Positions 55,254 to 64,000 of a stretch of DNA of 64,000 nt are shown piece after piece. Positions within the stretch are counted from its first letter, which is position 1; each line of letters begins with the position of its first letter. The stretch comes from an uncultured bacterium. GTDB taxonomy: Bacteria > Patescibacteriota > Minisyncoccia > Phycocordibacterales > UBA11359. The DNA is taken from assembly GCA_903831815.1 (NCBI GenBank), contig CAIKZC010000010.1, positions 14,914 to 78,913 of the forward strand, written 5' to 3'. Below the pieces are notes generated by a model. It did not search any database, was not told where the DNA came from, and saw nothing but the letters and a program-made list of their open reading frames with translations. The position numbers and the translations under genes are program-made.

Positions 55254-55316
55254 TTTGTTTTCATGAACGTCGCACTATTTTGCATTTTGCGCATTTTTTT
55301 CGCTTCTATTTTCATT

Positions 55317-55808
55317 TTATGCATCTCGTGTTTCTTGCGCTTTTTTCACCGCCATTTTTTCTTCTTCGGAAAGTCCGTGCTCAGAATTATGATCTTTTAA
55401 TGGTTTCGAAAAAACACTAGTTCGCTCTCGGCCATACAGACTTGAAAAAACAACGCCATCGCCATGCTGATTCATAATCGCAGTTGCGAAACTTTGATTG
55501 GCACCGACACCTTCAAAAGCATTAAAACGAACGGTCTCAACAGCTTGCACGCTTTTCTGTAAACGTTTCTCGACGTCGGTCAAATACTTTTCCATTTCAC
55601 TCATAAACTTCTCGGCTTCTTTTTGATTATTTTTGAGATGAGTGATGGATTCCTCAAGATTACCAGACGCACCGGCTGTCAATTTACGAAACTTCATTTC
55701 CAAACGAATTATCCAAATGACCAATAAAATTACAATCAAACTTGCCAATATCGCCATTCTAAGCGGATCTTGAAGATAATTAGCAATTGAATTGATGAAT
55801 GAGTACAT
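55317..55808 (-). CDS. DUF4446-family protein
   Basis: TM plus coiled coil plus 'VRFNAF...QSFA...GDGVVFSSLYGR...LSEEE'. Confidence 0.8.
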   Translation of the reverse strand: MYSFINSIANYLQDPLRMAILASLIVILLVIWIIRLEMKFRKLTAGASGNLEESITHLKNNQKEAEKFMSEMEKYLTDVEKRLQKSVQAVETVRFNAFEGVGANQSFATAIMNQHGDGVVFSSLYGRERTSVFSKPLKDHNSEHGLSEEEKMAVKKAQETRDA

Positions 55809-55895
55809 ATGGATATTTAAGCCAAGAAATATCCTGTGATTATACATATAAAACGACATTTTGCAAAATTCAGTTATACACTATAATATGACGAT

Positions 55896-57206
55896 ATGGA
55901 TATATTTAAATATTTTGGAAAGAAGCCGGTAATTATTGACTCAAAGCTTTTGGAAAAAGAGCGAAAAGAGAGGGAAGATAAGGAAGCGGACGAGGAAAAA
56001 AATAAACAAACCGCAAGAGAGACATCAAAAAATCGTCTTTATTTTGACCACGCTTCTATCACGCCAATCGATCCGAAAGTCGAACAAACCATGCGCGAAT
56101 TGTCCGCTCGTTTTCATAATCCTTCTTCACTCTATGCCGAAGCTGTTGCCAACAAATCCCTGATCACCGAAGCTCGTAAAACCATTGCTTCGTTTTTCAA
56201 TGTGCAAAGCGATGAAATTATTTTTACGGCGACCGGCACTGAAGCTAACAATTTGGCGATTCTCGGAGTCTTCAACGCATATCGTGGTAAAAAAACTCCG
56301 CACTTTGTGGTTTCCGCGATTGAACATCCTTCAATTTTGGAAGCTTGTGCTGAAGTTGAACGTCTTGGTGGGCAAGTCTCGTATGTTTTGCCGGAAAAGA
56401 ACGGCATGATCGATCCTAAAAAAGTTCGAGCCGCTTTGAAAACTTCAACCGTGTTGGTGTCGGTGATGTACGCCAACAATGAGATTGGTACGATTCAACC
56501 TGTCAGTGCAATCGGTCGTGCGGTCAAAGAATATCGCGCGTCTCGAGCAGAACAACATAAAACAAATAGTGACGAAATAGAATATCCGTTTTTCCATACT
56601 GATGCGAGCCAAGCGCCAAACTATATGCCGATTCATATGGGACAACTTTCGGCTGACATGGTGACGCTTGATGGCGGTAAAGTTTATGGTCCGCGCGGCG
56701 TCGGCCTGCTGGCCGTACGCCGCGCTGTCCCACTCCACCCAATCATCTTTGGCGGTGGTCAGGAAAAAGGTTTGCGGTCTGGCACCGAAAATGTGGCGGC
56801 CATTGTTGGTTTCGCTCAAGCGCTAGATATCACCGAAAAAATGCGCGAAGCGGAAGGGGAGAGGCTCATTGAACTTCGCGAATATGCGGAGGAGGAAATA
56901 AAAAATAAATTTCCCGAAGCAATTATTCACGGCGACGGCGCTCCGCGCTTGCCAAACATTTTTAATATTTGTTTTCCAGGACTCGATTCCGAATTCGCGG
57001 TTATAAAACTTGATCACGAAGGTATTTTAGCCAGCTCCGCCAGCGCCTGCCAAAACAACGCCGAAGAAAATTACTCCCCAACTGTCGCCGCACTCCCCGA
57101 CATCGGTGACACCTGCAAACGTTCCTCCCTCCGCTTCTCCATGGGTCGCACCACCACCAAAAAAGATGTTGACGTGCTTTTAAGCTCACTCGGTAAATTA
57201 TTCTAG
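55896..57206 (+). CDS. Cysteine desulfurase (IscS/NifS family)
   Basis: 'YFDHASITP', 'NNEIGTIQP', 'HTDASQ', 'GKVYGPRG', 'RSGTEN', 'SASAC'. Confidence 0.93.
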   Translation: MDIFKYFGKKPVIIDSKLLEKERKEREDKEADEEKNKQTARETSKNRLYFDHASITPIDPKVEQTMRELSARFHNPSSLYAEAVANKSLITEARKTIASFFNVQSDEIIFTATGTEANNLAILGVFNAYRGKKTPHFVVSAIEHPSILEACAEVERLGGQVSYVLPEKNGMIDPKKVRAALKTSTVLVSVMYANNEIGTIQPVSAIGRAVKEYRASRAEQHKTNSDEIEYPFFHTDASQAPNYMPIHMGQLSADMVTLDGGKVYGPRGVGLLAVRRAVPLHPIIFGGGQEKGLRSGTENVAAIVGFAQALDITEKMREAEGERLIELREYAEEEIKNKFPEAIIHGDGAPRLPNIFNICFPGLDSEFAVIKLDHEGILASSASACQNNAEENYSPTVAALPDIGDTCKRSSLRFSMGRTTTKKDVDVLLSSLGKLF

Positions 57207-57308
57207 TTTTATTTTTTTGACTTTTTCTATAAACATGGTATCTTTTTGGTTAGAAATGAACAACGTGTTCTAGTGTCTGCTTTGATCTTTGGCAAGAGGA
57301 GAATTATC

Positions 57309-58040
57309 ATGGCTACAACAGCCATTCTAGAGCGTCGAGGGATTTCAGTTGTTTCGGTTGATTCGGAAGACAGTATTCTGGTTGAAGCTCGGAAAGAGCT
57401 TTTCCAAGAGGCTGAACGGGTGCTCGGCTATAGGCCGCAATCTGGTATTCAGGCCGCAGAAATCGGTTGGCGAACGACCAACACGGTGGCGGTGGCTTTT
57501 GGGGATGACATCAAACCCTTTACCACCAAATCGGTGGATACCTACAAACGCCGGATTACGAAATGGAATTGGTTGGCTCACACAATCAGTGGCCTGCCAG
57601 ACGATGATGGTAACCGCTTGATGAAATTGCTTGTGATGTTGGGGTCATTATCCTTTATCGTCTCCCTTTTCGGTTTTGTGATGATCTGGTCAGGTGATGC
57701 CAGCAGAATTTCCAGGGGTTGGAGAGTCGCAGGAATCTCTGGTCTGTCCATGTCCGCCTGTATTGTACTTTTGTTTGGTATGTTAGTGCTGGCTGACAAG
57801 GTAAAAGTTCTTTCGTGGCACCTTGTCGACCTTAATGGATTTCAGGACGAAGTTCCGGACTTTGTCCTGCAAACGGCGATAACCATTAAGAAGCGACTGC
57901 CGGAAGCTACGTTTTTCGTGGATGTATGCCAGAAGGAGAAGCTCAACGTTGATCCCTTCTTGGTTATGCAGTTTCGTGGTGAGAGCTACTACCTCGAGGT
58001 TTGGAACGAGCCGAAATTCGAAAAGGGCTCCTCGACTTAA
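57309..58040 (+). CDS. Hypothetical 2-TM protein
   Basis: SD AGGAG; C-terminal 'VDPFLV...YYLEVWNEPKF'; terminator 58075-58110. Confidence 0.7.
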   Translation: MATTAILERRGISVVSVDSEDSILVEARKELFQEAERVLGYRPQSGIQAAEIGWRTTNTVAVAFGDDIKPFTTKSVDTYKRRITKWNWLAHTISGLPDDDGNRLMKLLVMLGSLSFIVSLFGFVMIWSGDASRISRGWRVAGISGLSMSACIVLLFGMLVLADKVKVLSWHLVDLNGFQDEVPDFVLQTAITIKKRLPEATFFVDVCQKEKLNVDPFLVMQFRGESYYLEVWNEPKFEKGSST

Positions 58041-58160
58041 CCTCGCGACATCGAATCAGTTTTCGCAGAACATCAGCCGCCACAATCCTGTGGCGGCTTT
58101 TCATTTTTTTTGAATTGTCATTTTAGAATTCTGAAAACGGCATTTATAGTGCAACCTTAA

Positions 58161-58269
58161 GCTTCCGGGAGTGCTATCTGAGGGGACTCTCGGACGCCGA
58201 CGGGCGGAGAGTGAACGAAATTTCCAGCAGGAAATTTACGCGGGCCCCGAAGATAGCACTCGCGGAAGC
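58161..58269 (+). repeat. Structured intergenic repeat, copy 3
   Basis: 19-bp outer IR (1 mismatch) plus the same core as 31098 and 38584. Confidence 0.8.
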
Positions 58270-58369
58270 GTAAATTTGACTCCCACTTTTTAATTTTGCA
58301 TAATTGGGGTATCCGAACGACTTATTTCTGAATTCCTCTATTAACGCCTTAATTTAAGCCATTTTAACT

Positions 58370-61102
58370 ATGTTACCATTCAATCATTTCACAACTAAAG
58401 CCAAAGAAGCTATTCGCCGAGCGCACGAACTCGCCATTGAACGTGGCCAAAATCACGTCAATCCGATGCACTTGCTGGCCGCTCTCATTTTGCAGGAGGA
58501 AAGCATGGTCACTTCCATTTTGGAAAAATTGGAAATCGACACCATGTTGTTGACCGATTCGATTCTAGAAACTATTGAAGGAGCCGAAGGTGGTTCATCA
58601 ACTTTGTCGCCTTCATATCAAATTTATTTGACTCCGGAATTGAGTCAGGCAATTGAGTCGTCGGCCAAAATTGCCGAATCACTCAAAGATGAATTTGTTT
58701 CGACTGAACACTTGTTTATTTCCGTACTAGAAGTGCCGGGTGCTGCGCGAGAAATGCTGACAAAATTTAAGATTGATAAAAATGCGGTGCTCAAAGTGTT
58801 GGAAGAAATTCGAACGACCAAAACGGCCGATGTTAAAGAGTCTAAGAAATTTAAATCGCTTTTGAAATACACTCGAAACCTGACGACGCTTGCTCGCGAA
58901 AATAAACTTGATCCTGTCATCGGCCGTGACGCGGAAATTTCGCGCATCATTCAAATTCTTTCTCGTCGCACCAAAAATAATCCGATTTTGATTGGTGAAG
59001 CCGGGGTTGGTAAGACGGCAATCGTTGAAGGTCTGGCAATTCGTATGTCGGTTGGCGATATTCCTGAATCTCTCAAAGACAAGGAACTTGTTTCTCTTGA
59101 TCTTGGTTTGCTTATTGCTGGCACAAAATATCGTGGCGAGTTTGAAGAGCGTTTGAAGAATATTATGAAAGAGATCGAGCGTGCTGACGGCAAGATCGTT
59201 CTCTTTATTGATGAGATCCACACGATTGTCGGAGCTGGCGCAGCCGAAGGTGCGATGGATGCTTCCAACATGTTGAAACCTGCTCTGGCTCGCGGAGAAC
59301 TTCGAGCGATTGGTGCGACGACGACCAAGGAATATCAAAAACATATTGAAAAAGATCCAGCGTTGACTCGTCGTTTCCAGCCGGTCTATGTCAACGAGCC
59401 TAGTATTGACGATGCGATCGCAATCATGCGCGGACTCAAAGAAAAATATGAGTTGTATCACGGCGTGCACATTACTGATGATGCAATTGTCGCTGCGGTA
59501 AATCTTTCTAGTCGATATATTTCTGATCGATTTTTGCCTGACAAAGCAGTGGACTTGGTTGATGAAGCTGCTTCAGCTCTCCGTATTTCGTTGGAAAACA
59601 AACCACCGATTCTTGAGGAAACAGATCGAAAAATTGTGCGTTTGGAAATCGAGCGTGAAGCTCTAAAAAAAGATGCCGTTCATTCAAAAGTAGCTAAGGC
59701 TCGCACCAAAGTTATCGAAGCTGAAATTGCTAACTTACGAGAGAAAACCAGCGAGCTTGAACTTAAATGGAAAAATGAAAAAGATACTTTGACTGGCATC
59801 AAATCGATTAAAAAAGAATTAGAACAGTTGCGAAATGAAGCGGAAGGTGCAGAAGCTCGCGCCGACCTTTCTCGCGCAGCTGAAATTCGTTACGGAAAAA
59901 TTCCTGAACTTCAAAAAGATTTGGAAACCAAGACCAAACGTCTGAAACGTTTGCAAAGTACTCGCCGGATTCTCAAGGAAGAGGTGACTGAAAATGATAT
60001 TGCGCAGGTCGTGGCAAAGTGGACCAGTATTCCGGTCACTCGCATGCTTGAAGAGGAAGCTCAAAAACTGACTCGCATGGAAGACGACCTCAAAAAGAAA
60101 ATTGTCGGCCAAGACGAAGCTGTTAAAAAGATTTCCGACACCATCAAACGTTCTCGTGCCGGTATTGCCGATCCAAATCGTCCAATTGGTTCGTTTATTT
60201 TCCTTGGACCTACAGGAGTTGGTAAAACGGAACTGACCAAAAAACTAGCCGAGTTCATGTTCGACGACGAGAAAGCTTTGATCCGCGTTGATATGTCCGA
60301 ATTCATGGAACGACATTCAGTTTCAAAATTGATTGGTGCGCCTCCAGGCTATGTCGGATATGAAGAAGGCGGTAACTTGACCGAAATGGTGCGTCATCGA
60401 CCGTATGCCGTGATTCTTTTCGACGAGATCGAAAAAGCCCACCCGGAAGTTTTCAACGTGCTTCTACAGGTGCTTGATAACGGACGATTGACGGATGCTA
60501 AGGGGCGATTGGTGAACTTCAAAAACACTATCATTATAATGACATCAAACGTTGGTGCTCAGCATATTCAGAAAATGGAAAAAATTGGTTTCGGCGGTGT
60601 TGAGACCGACATCCAGAAATATCAAAGTGTTAAAGAAAAACTTAGTTCATCGCTCAAAGATTATTTCCGTCCGGAATTCTTGAACCGTATTGATGACATT
60701 ATTATCTTTGATATCTTGAACGAGAAAGCTATTGAAGAAATTGTGAAAATTCAAGTTGATATTGTTAAGGAGCGATTGTCGGTCAAAGATATCAAACTCG
60801 ATATTACTCCCGATGTTTACAAATATCTGGCCAAGGAAGGTTACAATCCGGAATACGGTGCACGACCTTTGAAACGTTTGATTCAGACCAAGATTCTAAA
60901 TCCTGTCGCTAACCTCATTATCTCACAAGGTGTAATGAAGGGCGGAGAGATTATGGTGGGAATTAAATCAGTTGATGCAAAATCGACAGAAGTGCAGAGT
61001 GTGCAAACGGGTGTACAACCAGTCGAATTTACTTTTGAGGTCAAGAAAGGGAAAAGGGGATCGATTGTCACATCGGCGATTGAGCAAGCGATGAGTAAGT
61101 AA
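58370..61102 (+). CDS. clpB: ATP-dependent chaperone ClpB
   Basis: Two AAA+ modules ('GEAGVGKT', 'GPTGVGKT') and a long middle coiled-coil domain. Confidence 0.93.
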   Translation: MLPFNHFTTKAKEAIRRAHELAIERGQNHVNPMHLLAALILQEESMVTSILEKLEIDTMLLTDSILETIEGAEGGSSTLSPSYQIYLTPELSQAIESSAKIAESLKDEFVSTEHLFISVLEVPGAAREMLTKFKIDKNAVLKVLEEIRTTKTADVKESKKFKSLLKYTRNLTTLARENKLDPVIGRDAEISRIIQILSRRTKNNPILIGEAGVGKTAIVEGLAIRMSVGDIPESLKDKELVSLDLGLLIAGTKYRGEFEERLKNIMKEIERADGKIVLFIDEIHTIVGAGAAEGAMDASNMLKPALARGELRAIGATTTKEYQKHIEKDPALTRRFQPVYVNEPSIDDAIAIMRGLKEKYELYHGVHITDDAIVAAVNLSSRYISDRFLPDKAVDLVDEAASALRISLENKPPILEETDRKIVRLEIEREALKKDAVHSKVAKARTKVIEAEIANLREKTSELELKWKNEKDTLTGIKSIKKELEQLRNEAEGAEARADLSRAAEIRYGKIPELQKDLETKTKRLKRLQSTRRILKEEVTENDIAQVVAKWTSIPVTRMLEEEAQKLTRMEDDLKKKIVGQDEAVKKISDTIKRSRAGIADPNRPIGSFIFLGPTGVGKTELTKKLAEFMFDDEKALIRVDMSEFMERHSVSKLIGAPPGYVGYEEGGNLTEMVRHRPYAVILFDEIEKAHPEVFNVLLQVLDNGRLTDAKGRLVNFKNTIIIMTSNVGAQHIQKMEKIGFGGVETDIQKYQSVKEKLSSSLKDYFRPEFLNRIDDIIIFDILNEKAIEEIVKIQVDIVKERLSVKDIKLDITPDVYKYLAKEGYNPEYGARPLKRLIQTKILNPVANLIISQGVMKGGEIMVGIKSVDAKSTEVQSVQTGVQPVEFTFEVKKGKRGSIVTSAIEQAMSK

Positions 61103-61224
61103 GACAAAACAAAACACACTTTAAAAAAGCTGCATCTTTCCTCTTGTCTAAAAGGGCTATTTTTCTAATGTATACATGCTAAAATAATATAGGTAATATT
61201 AATGCAGGCTAATAACCAATTAAA

Positions 61225-64000
61225 ATGAAAAATATTTTAAACGAAATCGCAGATGGGTATTTATTCAACAAATATTTTCATATTAAAAAACTGGTCTCAA
61301 TTATTTTGATCATTATTCTCGCGATTCCTTTTGGATTTTGGCCAACAAAACAAGCGGAGGCTGCAGATCAAACTATCACTCTAACTTCCCAAAATGACTT
61401 TAAAGCCGGAACAATCGAAGATGGTTTGGATGCGGATCAGTCAGCCGGAGATTTAAGATTGAAATATAAAACTATTACCTCTACCGATACCACGGACAGT
61501 GATTTTTATTTGGGCAAGACTTTAACTGACGGTTTTTTTATGAGTAACGTTTCATCAGCCGATGGTGGAAAAGTGACAATTAATCAAGGGTATACCTATC
61601 AGAGTAATTCTTCTCCCGCTCTTAGTAATTATCCGTATGCCTCCTTTTTAGACGCCTCCTCCAGTCTTTTGTATGTTAGCACTTGGGGTGGAGGCCTATC
61701 CGTCATTGATACTAAAGGCACAGTCAGTCCGTCTGACGACACTCTGCTGAAATCATATACTACGGCTACCACCCCGGCTATTGCTAATAATAAGGTCATG
61801 TATACTATTTTAGATGCTTCCTCCAGTCTTTTGTATGTTAGCACTAATGGCGGTTTATCTGTCATCGATACTAAAGGCACAAAAGATCCGGCAGACGACA
61901 CTTTGGTCATAACATATACTACAACCTCCACTCCAGCTATTAATGACAACATTGTGAATCATTCCTTTTTGGACGCTTCCTCTAGTCTTTTATACGTTAG
62001 CACCGGTGAAGGTGGAGTATCCGTCATTGATACTAAAGGCACAAAAGATCCGACTGACGACACTTTAGTTAGAACATATACTACAACTAGCACCCCGGCT
62101 ATTGGTAGTGGCAATGTGTATCATTCCTTTTTAGACGCCTCCTCCAGTTATTTGTATATCAGTGTTTATGGTAGCGGTCTATCCGTCATTGATACTAAAG
62201 GCACAAAAGATCCGTTAGACGACACTTTAGTTAAAACATATACTAAAGCTAGCAGCCCGGCTATTGGAAGTAATAATGTCGAGCATTCCTTTTTAGACGC
62301 CTCCTCCAGTCTTTTGTATGTTAGCACTTGGGGTGGCGGTCTATCCGTCATTGATACTAAAGGTACAAAAAGTGCGGCTGACGACACTTTGGTTAGATCG
62401 TATACCACAACTAGTACTCCAGGTATTAGTGACGATAATACTTATTCTACTTATTTGGACGCTACCTCCAGTCTTTTGTATGTTAGCAATTATGGCGGTT
62501 TATCGGTTGTTAGCTTAAATAATCTTTACAACACCCGAGGTGTATATAACAAAACTGTATCAGACGATAAAACTAATTTTTGGCAAACTAAAACCGAAAT
62601 GCCATCAGCAGTACTGGCTGCTGGAAGTGCGGTAATTGGCGACACAATATATGTTATCGGAGGAATGGATAGTGATAGCAGTCCGGTTAATACCGTGTAT
62701 GCTTATGATACTAAAACTAATACTTGGACAACCAAAGCACCACTTCCGGCAGAACGATCCAATGTTTTAGTCGGAGTAATAGGTGGTAAATTGTATGTAG
62801 CTGGTGGAAAGAATTCTGATGGAGATGCCACCAAAACTGTATATGAATATAATCCCACTTCCAATGCGTGGGCGACTAAAACCTCTATGTCACAAGATAG
62901 GATTGGTCCTGTAGGCGGAGTCTATAATGGCAAGCTGTACGTAGGAGGCGGGATGAATAGTTCGTGCGGGGTAAGTGCGTCAAGTATTGAGGAGTATAAT
63001 CCTGATCTAAATACTTGGACTACAAAAACTCCGGCACCGAGCAAAAAACTCGGCAGTGCAACCGCCCAATTTATTAACGGAAAGTTATATGTCGCGGGTG
63101 GGCAGAGTTGTAGTCCATTATCTGACTCATTACTAATATATGATGTGGCGACCGATTCATGGACTACGGGTGCTCCTCTTCCGTTTCATAGAGTTGGGGG
63201 AACATCCGCCGTGCACGATGGCAAGCTATTGTATATTGGTGGATCGGATGGTGTTAATGTTCATTCAGATATGTATATTTATGACCCCGTAACGGATATT
63301 TGGAATTTTTTTAACAATCTTCCGCAAGCTAGGCACAGAGCAATAGCTGAAATTGTTAACGGTGATCTGTATGTGATTGGGGGAGCATTAGATGTTTATG
63401 GCGAAATAACAAATATCACCTACAAACTCCCTTCGACCTATCTCTCCGACACATATCAAAAAAATGCATACAGTCAATTATCTTGGGCGGCCACTACTCC
63501 TTCCGGCACGTCAGTGGAGTTACTCTACTCTTTTGATGACGGAAAAACCTACACCAGTCTTGGCACTACTCCGGGCGACTTCTATCTCCCACCAAACAGA
63601 AGTTACGACTTAACCTACAAAGCTATCCTTTCAACTGACAACACTTCAGTTACTCCAAGTCTGGATAGTGTAACTGTCAAATATGCGCAAGGTGAAAACG
63701 GTCTCTACGCCACATCTTCCGCTGCTTTCACATCCGCTATTGTAGATTTCGGATCGGGACGAGATACTGGAAGATTTATCGCCGACGCCACAACAACAGC
63801 CAGCACTTCCATCGCATATTCCTTCCGTTCCGGATCTACCGCGACACCGGATGGAACATGGACAGGTTGGCAAGTGATCACAGATACATTGCCTGCATAC
63901 TCTCGATACGGTCAGGTCAAAGCTACCCTCAGCACCACCGACCTATCACTCACCCCCACACTTTCCACTCTCACATTTACAACCGACGAGACTGTACCAG
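61225..64000 (+). CDS. Large secreted/surface protein with 54-aa repeats and a Kelch propeller, 3'-partial
   Basis: MKNILNE...LVSIILIIILAIPFGFWPTKQAEAADQ signal; the repeats stay in frame; Kelch 'IYVIGG/LYVAGG..W' motifs at ~62580-63430; no stop seen before the window end. Confidence 0.85.
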   Translation, partial: MKNILNEIADGYLFNKYFHIKKLVSIILIIILAIPFGFWPTKQAEAADQTITLTSQNDFKAGTIEDGLDADQSAGDLRLKYKTITSTDTTDSDFYLGKTLTDGFFMSNVSSADGGKVTINQGYTYQSNSSPALSNYPYASFLDASSSLLYVSTWGGGLSVIDTKGTVSPSDDTLLKSYTTATTPAIANNKVMYTILDASSSLLYVSTNGGLSVIDTKGTKDPADDTLVITYTTTSTPAINDNIVNHSFLDASSSLLYVSTGEGGVSVIDTKGTKDPTDDTLVRTYTTTSTPAIGSGNVYHSFLDASSSYLYISVYGSGLSVIDTKGTKDPLDDTLVKTYTKASSPAIGSNNVEHSFLDASSSLLYVSTWGGGLSVIDTKGTKSAADDTLVRSYTTTSTPGISDDNTYSTYLDATSSLLYVSNYGGLSVVSLNNLYNTRGVYNKTVSDDKTNFWQTKTEMPSAVLAAGSAVIGDTIYVIGGMDSDSSPVNTVYAYDTKTNTWTTKAPLPAERSNVLVGVIGGKLYVAGGKNSDGDATKTVYEYNPTSNAWATKTSMSQDRIGPVGGVYNGKLYVGGGMNSSCGVSASSIEEYNPDLNTWTTKTPAPSKKLGSATAQFINGKLYVAGGQSCSPLSDSLLIYDVATDSWTTGAPLPFHRVGGTSAVHDGKLLYIGGSDGVNVHSDMYIYDPVTDIWNFFNNLPQARHRAIAEIVNGDLYVIGGALDVYGEITNITYKLPSTYLSDTYQKNAYSQLSWAATTPSGTSVELLYSFDDGKTYTSLGTTPGDFYLPPNRSYDLTYKAILSTDNTSVTPSLDSVTVKYAQGENGLYATSSAAFTSAIVDFGSGRDTGRFIADATTTASTSIAYSFRSGSTATPDGTWTGWQVITDTLPAYSRYGQVKATLSTTDLSLTPTLSTLTFTTDETVP
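61648..62510 (+). repeat. Six tandem ~162-bp coding repeats
   Basis: 'LDASSSLLYVST...LSVIDTKGT..DDTL' units starting at 61648, 61810, 61969, 62131, 62293 and 62455. Confidence 0.85.

Noticed and set aside
61648-62510. CRISPR-like periodic repeats
   Set aside because: In-frame coding repeats of ~162 bp without unique spacers; no cas genes in the window

Overview
A 64-kb chromosomal segment that looks like a Patescibacteria/CPR (Parcubacteria-like) bacterium using genetic code 11. The assignment is inferred from the short InfB and ValS, the bS21-like protein, the tandem VirB2/TrbC-like pilins and the SD-less core genes. The backbone carries valS, tsaD, a malic enzyme, trxB, ftsZ, ftsA, ybeY, lepB, pth, rpsA, gyrA, rbfA, infB, a cysteine desulfurase, clpB and 11 tRNA genes, plus a large repeat/Kelch surface protein running off the right edge. 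The main accessory feature is a ~19-kb composite island (9039-28074) at the 3' end of tRNA-Glu(TTC). It consists of tandem elements carrying three large serine recombinases (LSRs), joined at short (G)TCAC cores that lie inside the 3' end of each LSR gene, so integration or excision would swap the recombinase C-terminus; the excised LSR1 would end in a degron-like ...LTSAA. The island also contains an integrase-less NUDIX cassette between two homologous att arms, a rolling-circle Rep element, a PEP-CTERM cargo gene, and a minimal LSR3 element with an inverted copy of its own attP. Outside the island there are three copies of a covarying multi-stem structured repeat, a ~290-nt ORF-free structured RNA candidate, NYN nuclease genes paired with similar small hairpin RNAs (one of them inside the island), and att remnants at tRNA-Leu. 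All calls were made by eye without database searches.
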